Shown in pieces: positions 25,580-39,560 of a DNA stretch of 64,000 nt. The DNA is from Lingula anatina (taxonomy: Eukaryota; Animalia; Brachiopoda): positions 23,278,934 through 23,342,933 of the forward strand of contig CM120645.1 of NCBI GenBank assembly GCA_051362555.1. Reading direction: 5' to 3'. The translations under genes were made by a program, and so were the position numbers. How positions within the stretch are numbered: position 1 is the first letter of the stretch; the number at the start of each line of letters is the position of its first letter. The notes under the pieces are model-generated. The model made no database searches, had not been told where the DNA came from, and saw only the letters and a program-made list of their open reading frames with translations.

Positions 25580-27106
25580 ATAAAAACCACCATGAAAAAA
25601 TAAAAAGAACCTTCCTATAGCATAACTAAACATTGTCTTCATTTTAAGATATGACCAAATTCTTTTCACCGGAAAGTAAAGAAATACCATTAAAAATTAC
25701 TAAAAACCTGTCTCTCGCCTCCTCTATGTATCAGTCTGTGTATCATAGAATTATTTCACTTTACAGATTTCACAGACAACTATGTTCCAATTTGTCTTCC
25801 TTTACAGTATTCTCACAATAGGTATTACATCCTATATATGAACATATATACTTAATCACAATTCTTTTCTCTGTATTGTTTCTGGAATGCACTGAAGTAT
25901 GTAATACTAATCTTCATCAAAATTAGTAAAATATACAGAATAGTATGTTAAACATAAATTAAAATTATTTCTAATTTCAGAAACAAGTAACGGCTTAATG
26001 CATTACTCGCTACCTCATGGTTTCAAAACCACAGTCTACCAGTTCAGTCCTCTGTTTTTTCTGAAGCAACCTATTTCAGGCTTGAAGCCATTGTATACAC
26101 CTTATGGAGCCATGCAAAAGTCAAAGCACAGAATTAAAATGAGTGATTGCCTTCACAAAATTAGAGATAAGACCAACAAGTGACATAACCATCTCATGTC
26201 CAAATTGTGTTAAAACTGGCTTTTTTCCTACTCTTCCCATGTTACTCTGTTTAATAACTCTTCACCAGAATGCCTCTATGTAATTTTGCAAGTATCAAAT
26301 TATTTAGTGAATGATAATTGACACTAGAAAGTATCCCAGCATCCCTGTGAAGTGGGGTTAACTTTTTAGTGATAAGGGTGTAACTTATAGGGATAACAAT
26401 TCTTCATACAAGATTCAAAATTCCACAATAAATGCACTGAAAACAAAACCTTGAAATATAATTAATTCCATTTACCACCAAGGTTAAAGCAATTATTCTG
26501 AAATTTGTGCTTGCCATCATCATTTATCCCAGGAAAATCTGTTTTATGGCACTTCTCCCACCAAAATGAAGAATTATTATCCCTTTAATATTCCAGGAAT
26601 GTTGCCTTAGAAAACAATACATAAGTAAAACACAAAACATGGTGACTTCTTACCATGTTTTGAGTACGCAAAGCTGTAATTCTGCAAATCACCAGAGGAA
26701 ACAACGATAAAAATCTGTGTATAAATTGTCATTTTTTCATTGCTGTACCACAATTGCTTGCCTCTCAACCTTTCTGTACCCACTCTCTTCCAAGCCTCAT
26801 AAAATCTTGCTTGAATTTATGCAAAGTTGCAAGACCTAACTCATGGCTAGCTTGGGTAAATATATTTTGCTGGCAGCATCCACATTGTCATCCCCACAAA
26901 AATTAAATAAAAATAGATTAACTAACATAGAATACCACTTGAAAATCAGAGAGAAATTATTCATAACCATAAGAATTCCACATAAAGAGAAATATCGTAT
27001 CATTAAAAACTTAATCACAATAAACCAGTGAGAATTCACAGTCTAAATAAGAGTCAACACTTTGAGTTGACAACCACCTCCTAAAATAAGTCATTTTGTC
27101 TTCTCA

Positions 27107-30100
27107 TTAGTTCTGATCATCTTCCTCAGTGCCATTTGCCTCCACCATGTCTTCTTTAATCAAAGGCATCTTGCCTGCATCTTGTCTGCTGGCTTCACCA
27201 CTGGTTTCTGGGAGAGCTTTGCTCACATTTAAACTATCTCTGAAAATATATAAATGACATCATTTAATACCATGAGTCCATGACAGTCAATGAATAACAT
27301 TAACAGGCCTCATAAATGACAATTGCAGTTGGCTAACATGAGCTTTAGATTTGAGAGCACAAACACACAAAATTAACGACTCCAGCCACAAATTCAGTAC
27401 CCCAATGTAAAATTAGTTGCCATAAGCCCAGCATTTCAATACACAAACAATCTGGCCAGCGTCCATCTGGCTGTATATTACTGACACAGAGCCTGCATGT
27501 GTGGGTGCGTGCGTGTGCATGCGTGCACGTGTGTGTGTGTGTGTGTGCATGTACCTCCATGCTTGCATTTGTTTACAAAAGTGTTTTAAAAGAAAAAACA
27601 AACTCTTGCTGTGTGAGCAACCACATAGAAATAAAAAAGAACCCCCCTCCCCTCCAAAAAATCAAAAGATAAATACAAATACAACATACATTTTCCATAT
27701 ATTAACACATATGGCCTCCAGTTGAAGAAAACACACAACCTAATACTGACGTGAGCAGGTCTTAAGATATAAAACTTGTTGTCCTGTAAGCTCTTACATT
27801 ATAAATATATTGTTCAACAATTACCTGCAATGACGCACCCTATAAAATCAACAGTTTTAAACATACAGGTTTGTTTAGAGCAGTACAAACTTGAAAATGA
27901 TCCTGAAACCAAAAAGCAATATCAATGCAACCAAGGAGATTATGATTTTGCCTTTGATGGTTTAAAATTTGTTAGTGAACAGCCAAACAGTTAAGGGGCA
28001 GATAAAATTGGTCAGAAATAAACTTAGCACCAATAAGATTTTTAAGTGACAATTCATTAAATAAATAATTAATTACCTCAATTTTCTAATCAATTGATTA
28101 ATCAATATTGAGAATGGAGCGGCCTTGGCAAAAGTCTGGGCTTTCAGATCAAGTGCTTTTCTTAGCTGTGTACTATAAAATATTCGAGGTCCATTTTCAC
28201 TGCTAATCTGAGCAGATTTAGATAACAACGGGACAGACATGAAATATTTCAACCCCATTTTCCATGCAGACGGCTGACAACAATGAAATAGAAGAAGTGA
28301 GAAGCAGAAGATAAGCACCTGTTACACCAGTGAAGGTCAAGGTCATAAGGGTCAAGGTCATAAAATCCCGGCACTGGACGTCTGCTGCTCAGCACTTGTG
28401 TGCTGCAATACTATTCTGTAACAAGATAAGTAGGAACACATCATGATAAAATGGGGGAAGCAATGAAAAGGGAAAAAACTGGCATCCTCCTTGCCCGCCA
28501 TCCCTTTAAGCAAAGCACCAACAGATTTTCCCATCTATTTTTAATCATTTGCTATTCAGTATCTACAAAAGCTTTAATTGCCCAATTCTTTTATCTCAAT
28601 ACTCTTCCAGCAGGTCAGAAGTCTGCTGTCTGGCAAAAAAAAAAGAACTTTCTACAGTTTCTAAAGAACTTTCCTCAGCCAAATATCCCTGAACTGATCC
28701 AGCATGCTGAATTAAGCATTCCTAGAAATGCTAAGAGATTAAAGATTGCTATAAAGATCAGTTTGTAGAATACATACTATCACAGTAATTCCTGTAATTC
28801 CAGTGCCAAATTGTACAAAATCATTGTTACAGTATATCTCATGAAAAGGAAAAATTTTTTCAAACACACTACAGAAACTCTTTACCACCAAATATATATT
28901 AAATGCTGGTACTGTCAAGATGTTAAATACATAATTCATTGACAAGCAGAATTTTATAATTCTCCAGAAAAATTGACTAAAAAGGTTCTTTATATGACAC
29001 ACTTAAACTAGTATTCAAATATTTCATAATCCAATTCGCTTCTCACGTAAACAGCAGCACACAGTCTATCAAGCATGTTGTTTAATTTAAGAATGTGCCA
29101 GTGGCAAAGCAAGTTCTGCAAGCAAAAGGGGAGCAAATTGGATAAATAAACAGCCAAAGTTTCATAAGCACAGGATATTAAAGAAAAATAGGAAGGGCAG
29201 GAAGGGGGGGGGGGGTCCTATCTTCCACCCCTGCCACAACGTAAATATTTGCACAAAAGTGGATTTCAGAAATTTATGGATATCTATAATAATAGCCATG
29301 ATGGATTGTCTAAGCTACCCACACCCATCTCTCTGCAAGCAACTACATCTATATGAGATAGGATTAGAAAAGGTGACAGAAAAGAAAAAAGAGAAGTGAA
29401 TCATCAAAGTTTCCCCAACCATAGTGATAAACTGAGCTGTCAATCTTGTTCATTTCAAGGTTTGCTAAGGATACGCACCAACACATGCATGGATCTCTGC
29501 TCACAGAACAACTAGTCTAAGAGTTGAATTTTTAAAAGTCTGATAATATCTTACTTCAGGTTAATCTTATAAATTTCTAGGACTCAAATGTCATTTTTAA
29601 CATTATAATTTTTAAAAACTTTGTGATCAGCTCAAATACCCCACTTGATACTGTCAGGGCTATAATTAGTGTTCAGTGTCAAAGTTGGCTACAATTTTTA
29701 GCCTCAAAGTTTAGACCAACAGAGTCTTTTCCACGAAATCGTGAGCATGCGCAGTTCGCGCCATTTTGTGCGGGACTGTTTCTCAGGGGGAAAGAGTAGA
29801 AGGGGCCTTCGGTACTTTTGTAGTATACCCCCCCCCCCCACCCTGTAACTTTCTGTAACTTTCACTTTTCAAACAGTTTTTTACATTTTATTGTTTATCT
29901 ATGTCAAAGCTGTTGAAATAAAATGCTTTTGTAATTACCTGTGGACTTTTTATTAGTGTTAATCACGTTTAATCCAGCCCATTGAAATACAAAGTTAGAA
30001 TCTTCAATTTACACTCGCAGTCAATAACTTGCCGCATTTTCGTTGGCTAACCCTAAGGTAATTTTATGTGAACAAGTAGCTCATAATAATTTCACAGAGG

Positions 30101-31545
30101 AAATCCAAGTATACAATGTATCAATCCTATGTTCACATAAAATAAGGTAGAGTTAGCCAACGAAAACGCAGCAAGCTGCAGTTACATTGTAAATTTTCAC
30201 ATTGTATTTCAATGGGGTGGATTAAACGTGATTAAAACTAATAAAAAGACCACAGGTAATTACAAAAACATTTTATTTCAACAGCTTTGACATAGGTGCA
30301 AAAGACACTGTAAAAAAATGTTTGAAAAATGAAAGTTTCAGGAAGTTACAGGGTGGGGGGGTATACTACAAAAGTACCGAATGTCCTATCTTTGCTGTCG
30401 ATGAGGTACGTTTTTAGTTCTTTCATTGAAAAGTCATCAGGTACTTCTGCTAAATTTCTATTCCAACTGCTCCCATGAATGTGTTTTCGAAAAAAATCAG
30501 GTGTTAACATGTTACAAAACTTTGAAAATTCAGATTGAAATGAGCACTCCTCGATAAGGCGTCCGTCGTGTACACTCCACACTTTCCCCCTGAAACTTCA
30601 AATCCCGCAAAATCTCGCGTTCCCACGGATAATTTAGCGGAAGTCACGTGACCGTGGAAAAGACTCTATTTTGATACATTTTATACAGAAATGGAGCTCT
30701 GGGCCGCCTCACTCGAGAATAAAATATGTTTTAGCTTACTAGATGAAACAAGGCAGCAAAGCTGTCAAATGTACAGACAAAAAACAGAAAATAAAGATGC
30801 AAAATAGGTCATTTTGTCAATTTTGATGCAATAATAAATAATGCTTATAATAGCACTGTCAGTCAACACTGAATTTTAATCATGCACAACAGGTAAAATG
30901 GTCAATAACATGAGCGGACCCAGAGATATTTTCTGACAGTATTCCAAAGTATCTATTTTGATCCATCCTCCATTTTGATGGTCTTCCAACAGAAGAAAAA
31001 ATAGATACCAGGCAATATAAACTTAATAACCTGACTGTCTTCCGGAAGTCCCAGAAGATGGTCTCAATCTACCCTTTCAATAAGATTACAGTTTCAGGAC
31101 CATGAGAGTTCAAATTCACATGATGTAAGTCTCAATATTTGAAAAATGATGACAGTGCATAAAATAATATTACATAAGTAACATAATGTTTAAAGACATA
31201 AAAAACAATACAACTGCTTATGTGGAAAAACAGAAATGTCAGAGTCTCAGGCGGATGAGAGTTTAAAGTCACAAATGCAAGTGTTTGAGAAAAAATTATA
31301 AAGGAAAACAACAAAACTAGAAAAGCACTCCGAGAGTGCAGACCTCTGCCAAGGTAGCAATTGTTGATTATTATTGATTTTTGTCCTCTTTGGCCCACTT
31401 CTGACAGTTCCTGAAAATTTCAGCAAAATCGGTCCATAACTTTTTGAGTTATGTTGATGACAAACAGGGGTGAAAATATAACCTCCTTGGCAGAGGTAAA
31501 TATAATTCCAATGAAGCTGCTATTCAAACTTTTAATTTTTCAGTT

Positions 31546-31620
<75 letters not shown>

Positions 31621-34600
31621 TTATTTGCAATATTAAACAAAATTTACCTGCATAATTATCACTGCTTCCTTATTATTAATCTAGCAGAGAGCTTAACCTA
31701 TGGGAGTTTACAGGGAAATATCAACAAGTGTGCTTTATGTAATCTCAAATCACAAGTGTGCTTTATGTAGCCTATCAATTAGGCAAATTACTTTATAACT
31801 GAAATTAGCGAAGTGATACCCAAGGGAAATTTATAGACTGACCCTCTCAAAGGTCTTTCAGGCCCATAAGTCACAACTTAAGAAGAGCACAAAACAATAA
31901 TGCACAAAATAGGAGACTACAACTTCTGATGCAATAATACATTATGTTTAACTGCACAGTCAACATCAAATTTTAATTTTGCACAACAGGTAACACCGAT
32001 GAGAGTAAAAGCATAAGGCTTCAGGCCCATCAGAGTTCAAGTTTATACTTAGAAAGTGCCAGAATGAGAAAAATGAAATTTCACACAAAATTGCATTAAA
32101 TTCAATAATAAATGATAACCCAATTGACCTGGCTTTCTAATTTGAACTGCATGCCAATCCTAAAAATCATACTCTTAAGTTAAATATAATAATAAATAAC
32201 ACAGTTTTCTTTTCATAATGTTTGCAGTAGCAGTGCAAAAAGATTATTGTCAATTTTGATGTAACATTACATAATAAATTATAGAATAATTATCACCAAT
32301 TTTTGATTATTGACTATAAATAGCATGAACATGTAGAAAATTTGATTACCATCCGGCTTCATGTCCATGGGAGCTCCGAGTCCCACAATGAATATGCCAA
32401 AAAGATAATGAATATTTCACTAAAATGAATAACTTCCAGAAAAAGAAGCCCATTAGACTTCTTTTCCAACTTGGGCTGCATTTTAGTCCTGTGTTTCTTT
32501 TTTGAAAGTTTGACAATCATAATGAACACGGTTTTCCTATCATGGTCATCATGGCAGATGTGGATGATTGAATCTGACAAACTGCAATGATATGAGTTTA
32601 TTTCCGTTTTGGACACTTGATTACACAATACATGATAACAAGTTTACCATCATTTTTACATAATCAACTAACAATGTTGTAAAGATGCAGGAAATATCAA
32701 ACACACACTTTTACGTATCTTATTAGTTCAATAATGAGACTGTTAACATGCCTAAGAATTGAATCTGAGGAAATTTGAAAAAACAGTACAACTTCTAAAA
32801 TAATGGCCCGATAACACTGATTTTCGAACTCAACCTGCATTTTTGTAAGATTGACCACTCCTGTGAGTATAATGACAATTGGCTAAGCTGTTTTTCTTAT
32901 ATTGTGTTATTAATGTTGCATATATGTTGAAAAAAGTGAAAAAACAGCATAAAAAAATTAAAAGAAAATGTAAAATAAAACATAACAAAAAATACCAATA
33001 AAGCTGCTATTCAAACTTTTAATCTAGCTGTACAATTACTAACATGATATGAATAACCCTATTGAGTTTGAGAATAATAAGGCACTGTTATTCATCTTTA
33101 GCATTAATGTAAGCGTTACACAAATTTTTTTTTGTAAACTTATTTTCCATATTAAATAACATTTACCTGCATAATAATCATCGATTCCTAATTATGTGAC
33201 ACAGTTAAGAAAGCTAAACCGATGGGACTTTACAATGAAATCTCAATGTGTGTTTATGTAATCTCATTTAATACCCACTTGAAAATTAATTAAGCAAATT
33301 ATTTTATAACCCTGAAATAACTTGAAAATCAATTAAGCAAATTATTTTATAACCCTGAATTAACTGCCTACTATCCATATACATTTATTGCACCAAATAG
33401 CACTGTACTGCATTGCTTTCAAAACAGAAAACAATTACGATGGTTTTCCAACACAAGCTGCACTTCACTCTTTTCAGTAAGGTTGATTATCATAAGTAAC
33501 ATGGTTTTCCCTTAATCGCTATCCTGGCAGCAGTGTCCAAAATAGGGTTTTCTTTAACTTTCATGCAATATAACATAATACTTAACAGCATAATGACCAT
33601 CAAATTTTTTATAAAAAAATAAAAGTATCATGGATATTCAGAAAATGTGATATGGAAAGGTCTCCAAGGACATGGAAGTTAGGGTCACACTTTCAAAATG
33701 CCAAAATGTTAACAAGAGATAACTGTACTGAAATGATTTTCTTTCCATTTTCAACACCTTTTTTTACATAAAACCATCATAACTGTCATTTTTAAATGAT
33801 CAACTAGGAAAATTGTTGACATAGGAAAAATATCAATAGAACAATTTATAATGTCCAATTAGCTCCATTTGGAGATTCTGAACAAACTGAATGATTGAAT
33901 CTGACGAACTGCAATGATGAGTTCCTTTCCATTTTTGATACTTTATTACACAATGCAGGATAATAGGTTTACCGTCATTTTTATATAATCAACTAACAAT
34001 ATTGTTAAGAAGCAGAAAATGTTAAAACAACACTTTAACATATCCAATTAGTACCGTTATGAGACTGTTAACATGCTTAAGAATTAAATCTGAAGAAAAA
34101 CCACTTATATACAAAAAGGCTAATAACTTCATCAAAACTTAACTGATCAAGCTTATTTTCAAACTTGATCTGTATACTGGTCAGATTGATCACTCCTGTG
34201 AGTTGCAAGACAAAAGGCTGATTGGTTTTCCTTAAAATGCGTTATCAGTGTTGCATGTATGCTGAATAAAGGGAAAAAAACAGCATTACTTTTGTAAAAA
34301 TAGTCCAATCATGCCAATTTTCAAACTTGACCTGCGTATAATAAATATTCACCAGTTCTGTAAATTTCAATCCAAGGAAAGGAAAAACATTTTTACACTT
34401 ATCATGTTATCGGTGTTATAAAAGTGCTGAAAAAATTGAAAAAAAAAAAAAAAAAAAAAAAACAGGATAACTTCCATAAAAATTGCCCGATCTTGCTGAT
34501 TTTCAAACTTGCCCTGTGTATTATGAATATTCATTAGTTCTGTAAGTTTCAAGCCAAATGAAAAAACAGTTTTCCACTTATTGTGTTATCAGTGCTGCAT

Positions 34601-35770
34601 ATATGCTGAAAAAAGTGAAAAAACAGCATAAATTCCCTAACAATAATCGAATCATGCTGATTTTCGAACTTGACTTGCGTATTATGAATATTTATCAGTT
34701 CTACAAGTTTCAAGCCAAAAGGTAAATTGGTTTTCCACTTATGGTGTTATCGGTGCTGCATATATGCTGAAAAATAGTGAAAAAACAGCATAAATTCCCT
34801 AAAAATGACCCAATCATGCTGATTTTCGAACTTGACCTGTGTATTATGAATATTAATCAGTTTTGTAAGTTTCAAGCCAAAAGGTAGGATGGTTTTCCAC
34901 TTATCGTGTTATCGGGGTTGCATATATGCTGAAAAAAGTGAAAAAACAGCATAAATTCCCTAAAAATGACCCGATCATGCTGATTTTCGAACTTGACCTG
35001 CGTATTATGAATATTCATCAGTTCTGTAACTTTCAAGCCAAAAGGTAAAATGGTTTTTCACTTATCGTGTTATCGGTGCTGCATATATGCTGAAAAAAGT
35101 GAAAAAACAGCATAAATTCCCTAAAAGTGACCCGATCATGCTGATTTTCGAACTTGACCTGCGTATTATGAATATTCATCAGTTCTGTAAGTTTCATACC
35201 AAAAGAAAAAACAGTTTTCCATTTATCGTGTTATCGGTAAAAGTGCACGGCGACGGCGACGACGGCGACGACAGACGCAGATGATGGCTATATGTACAGA
35301 CACATCTGTGTCTGTACATAAAAACATTGACAAATCTAGATTTTATGTTCTTAAAATGTTGATTAATCAGAAGCATTCTAAACAAGGAATTTTATACATT
35401 TTGCATGGACAAAGTGAATTATTTCAATCCTCTGGTGAAAATAATAATATGCTCTACAGGTCTGGCATGCATGAGGATGGGCCACTAACTTTGGTTTAAT
35501 GTAAGAAAGAAATTGCACAGAAGCAGCCACAGAAATATACTTGCATGCTTTCATATGTGATGGTGTAACCATGTGTGTGTGTGCGTGTGTGTGCGTGTGT
35601 GTGTGTGTGTGTGCACGTGCATGCAATACCATGTGTATATAAGTTATACTGTGTGTGCTTGTCTGTGTGTGTACATTTGTGTGTGTGTGTGTGCATGCAA
35701 TACTATACTGTGTTTGTGTGTGTGTGTGTGTGTGTGTGCGCGCGCATGCAATACTACGTGTTTATAGGTT

Positions 35771-35807
<37 letters not shown>

Positions 35808-38800
35808 ACGTGCATGCAATACCATGTGTATATAAGTTATACTGTGTGTGCTTGTCTGTGTGTGTACATTTGTGTGTGCGTGCGTGTGTGTGTGTGTGTG
35901 TGCTTGCAATGTTTTGTGTATATGTACTATACTCTGTGTGATATGTATGTTCACATGTGCATGCTTACATGTGAGTGTATGTGCGTGTCACTGGAGAGTG
36001 TACCCCCTATACTTACCTATATAATACATGCTGACTGAGACAAGCACACAGAAGAAACATCACACAACACTTGAATATCAAATCCATCCTCAAGTTCTGA
36101 AACACAGTCATTATAGCACAGTTAATACCAATATGGCTGGAACAAACACTGAATATCACTATCAACTCAGGACTTTCTTTTTCAATAATTTTACAAGAAT
36201 TTTCATTAAATTCAAGACTTGTAAAAAGAATTCAGGTTTTTTTAGTGAAGCATGTCTTTATTTAGAATTATAAAAAAAATCAATATGCTAGTATGGAAAA
36301 AATTAAGAAAAAAATCAACTTTGTCTGAAACATACGTACCAAAATTTATCTTAAATATGATAAGATTGAGGTTTACATTATGGAAGTTCTGAAACAACTC
36401 AAGTACTGACTCAGATAGATCAGCAGTTACTTACCTGGACAAGTATAATGACTACAATGAGATTCAGCGGGATCCGGAAACAGTTCATTATAGTAGCACG
36501 AGCTGAGAAGGGAAAAAAACATCAAAATAAACTTCTTTCGTTGACAAAGTAAGATCATATTTGTTTTCTCCAATGAATATAAAATTGTAAATTGACAACA
36601 TCACATTCCTAAGAAATTAATGCACAACTAGAAAAGCACTCCGAGAGAGCAGACCTCCGCCAAGGCAGCGATTTTTGATTATTATTGATTATTGATTGAT
36701 TATTGATCCGGATCACCACCCAAAACTAATCACTTCTAAGTTAACCCATTCCCCACCTACCTTGAAAATTTCATCAAAATTGGTCCATAACTTTTGGAGT
36801 TATGTTGATGACAAACAGACAGACAGAAAGACAGGGGTGAAAACATAACCTCCTTGGCGGAGGTAATAAATGAAGCAAACAGTCTACAAATTTAAGTGAC
36901 CAAAGCAGAACTATTTTTCGTCCAAATGTGCTTACTTTCCTCAGGGACATACTTCCCCCTCATAGTCCCCAGGGAGGGCCAAAACAACCCCACACACACC
37001 TCAAATACCAGGAAACCAATGAAGATTACAAGCTGGTTCTAGAATCAGAAATTTTACCATTAGTTTTAGATAATAGGATATAAATAGCATTACTTCAATT
37101 ACCGTATTGTTACACCTATAACTTATGTTTGAGCAAAAGCATCATTTTCTATTTCAGTATCAGCTTTTTTCCAACATAGCAAGCAGTGCAATGTAATTGG
37201 AATAACATGAATTCCTTCAACATGGTATTAAAATTTGTACATGATATAAATATATATTAGGCTAATTCATTCTTTGTGAAATACATTAACTGCTTTAAGT
37301 TGCAAGAAATAAATATAAATATTACACTCTTGTACTAGCTGAAGAGTTTAGATGTCTATCATAGAATGTAAGCCTATGGATCTTTCTTAACATTTCTTAA
37401 TATTTAAGATGTTCCTGAGAGAGGAGAGGGAAAGGATTGGACTTGCTAGTACTACACTTACCCCCGGACACACTATAGGTGTACACAGAGCTACAGCTGA
37501 TATGAATAACACAGGTCTGAAATAAAAAAGTTATACATAACAATATTATTTACTAATAGCCAAATAATTGTCTTGTATTGATAAAGAAGATTTTCCACTC
37601 AAATTTTAATTAAAAATTGCATTAAAATTAGCTGCATTAAACAAGTCAGAAAAAGGACACTTACAATGACATGTACTGATACAGGCAATTCCAAACCTTT
37701 TTACACTCAGTAACAACTTGCCCCTCGGTTAATTTTACCACACCTTACATTTAAAAAATCAAAAACAAAAGCTAATGCCATGGAATAGCCATTCAAAACA
37801 AGAGAGATAAAAACATACCTCATGAATGACTCAATGGAGGTCCATCTACATAGTATCTTAAATAGAGATGACCCAATCATAATAGCAATCTGAAATAAAG
37901 AAACAGACATCAGCGAGTGTTACAGCTATGGAAATGTGAAGTTTCAACAAATCTGTATTTGTGACATAATCAAACACACTTATTCAAAAATATTTTTGTA
38001 AGTAAAGCAAAGGGTTTTTCCACAATTAATGATGAATATGGATCACTCATACTTATAAAGAGCAGTTCCACCAAGCAGTAAGACTGAAATATATTACCAA
38101 CTGTTGAATAACAGCATAAGCAGCAGTATTGTGCCATGCATTACTAGTTTGATCGAATTTTACAAACTTAAGGGACAGATAAGTAGGTCAATTTACAACA
38201 AGAAATCAAGAAACTTGAAGAATAAAATCTAGTAGAAATCTTTTCACATGCATTATTGGGAATCAAGGCTTACTTCAAATATAACTTTAAACAAATAAAA
38301 TTAATTGTCCATGGGGGACCATACCATAAATGCTGCAAAGATATACCCATGTGGTATAGCCCCTCTGTGCCCCTCTACAGTGACGTCTTCCTCCTCTAGG
38401 AGTCTCCTGCTGGCCACACTGGACGCTGTTGTGGCCACAGGGGTCAGTGCGGGCGTCCACTCCAGGACAAAGGTGTACATGGACCCCTCAAAGAGAGACT
38501 GGATCACACCCAGGCATAATATCTTGCGGTCTGAAGGGAAGGATGGATTAGAATGTACTGTTTTGTAACATATGATAAACTGAATGTTGTTAAATAGCCA
38601 GATGAAAAAAAAATATAAATAATACAAAAAAAAAAAAATAATAATAATAATGATAACAAGGCAGCAAAGCTGTCAAATGTACAGACAAAAAACAGAAAAT
38701 AAAGATGCAAAATAGGTCATTTTGTCAATTTTGATGCAATAATAAATAATGCTTATAATAGCACTGTCAGTCAACACTGAATTTTAATCATGCACAACAG

Positions 38801-39480
38801 ATACCATGGTCAATAACAGGAGCGAACCCAGAGATATTTTCTGACAGTATTCCAAAGTATCTATGTTGATCCATCCTCCATTTTGATGGTCTTCCAACAG
38901 AAAAAAATAGATACCAGTCAATATAAACTTAATAACCTGACCGTCTTCCGGAAGACCCAGAAGATGGTCTCAATCCACCCCTTCAGTAAGATTACAGTTT
39001 CAGGACCATGAGAGTTCAAATTCTCATGATGAAAGTCTCAATATTTGAAAAATGATGACAGTGCATAAAATAATATTACATAATGTTTAAAGACATAAAA
39101 AACAATACAACTGCTTATGTGGAAATATAGAAAATGTGCAGAGCCTCAGGCAGATGAGAGTTAAAAGTCACAAATGCCAGTGTTTGAGAAAAAATTAAAA
39201 AGGAAAACATAACAAAACTAGAAAAGCACTCCAAGAGCGCAGACCTCTGCCAAGACAGCAATTGTTGATTATTATTGATTGATTATTGATCCGGACCACC
39301 ACCAAAAACTAATCATTGTCCTCCTTGCCCACTTCTGACAGTTCCTGAAAATTTCATCAAAATCGGTCTGTAACTTTTTGAGTTATGTTGATGACAGACA
39401 AACAGGGGTGAAAACATAACCTCCTTGGCAGAGGTAAATATAATTCCAATGATGCTGCCATTCAAACTTTTAATCTTTTT

Positions 39481-39560
<80 letters not shown>

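Noticed and set aside
35378-36038. Cys/Val- and His/Thr-rich ORFs (also near 10955-11302, 21730-22236, 27345-27725)
   Set aside because: Translations of (GT)n/(CA)n microsatellites.
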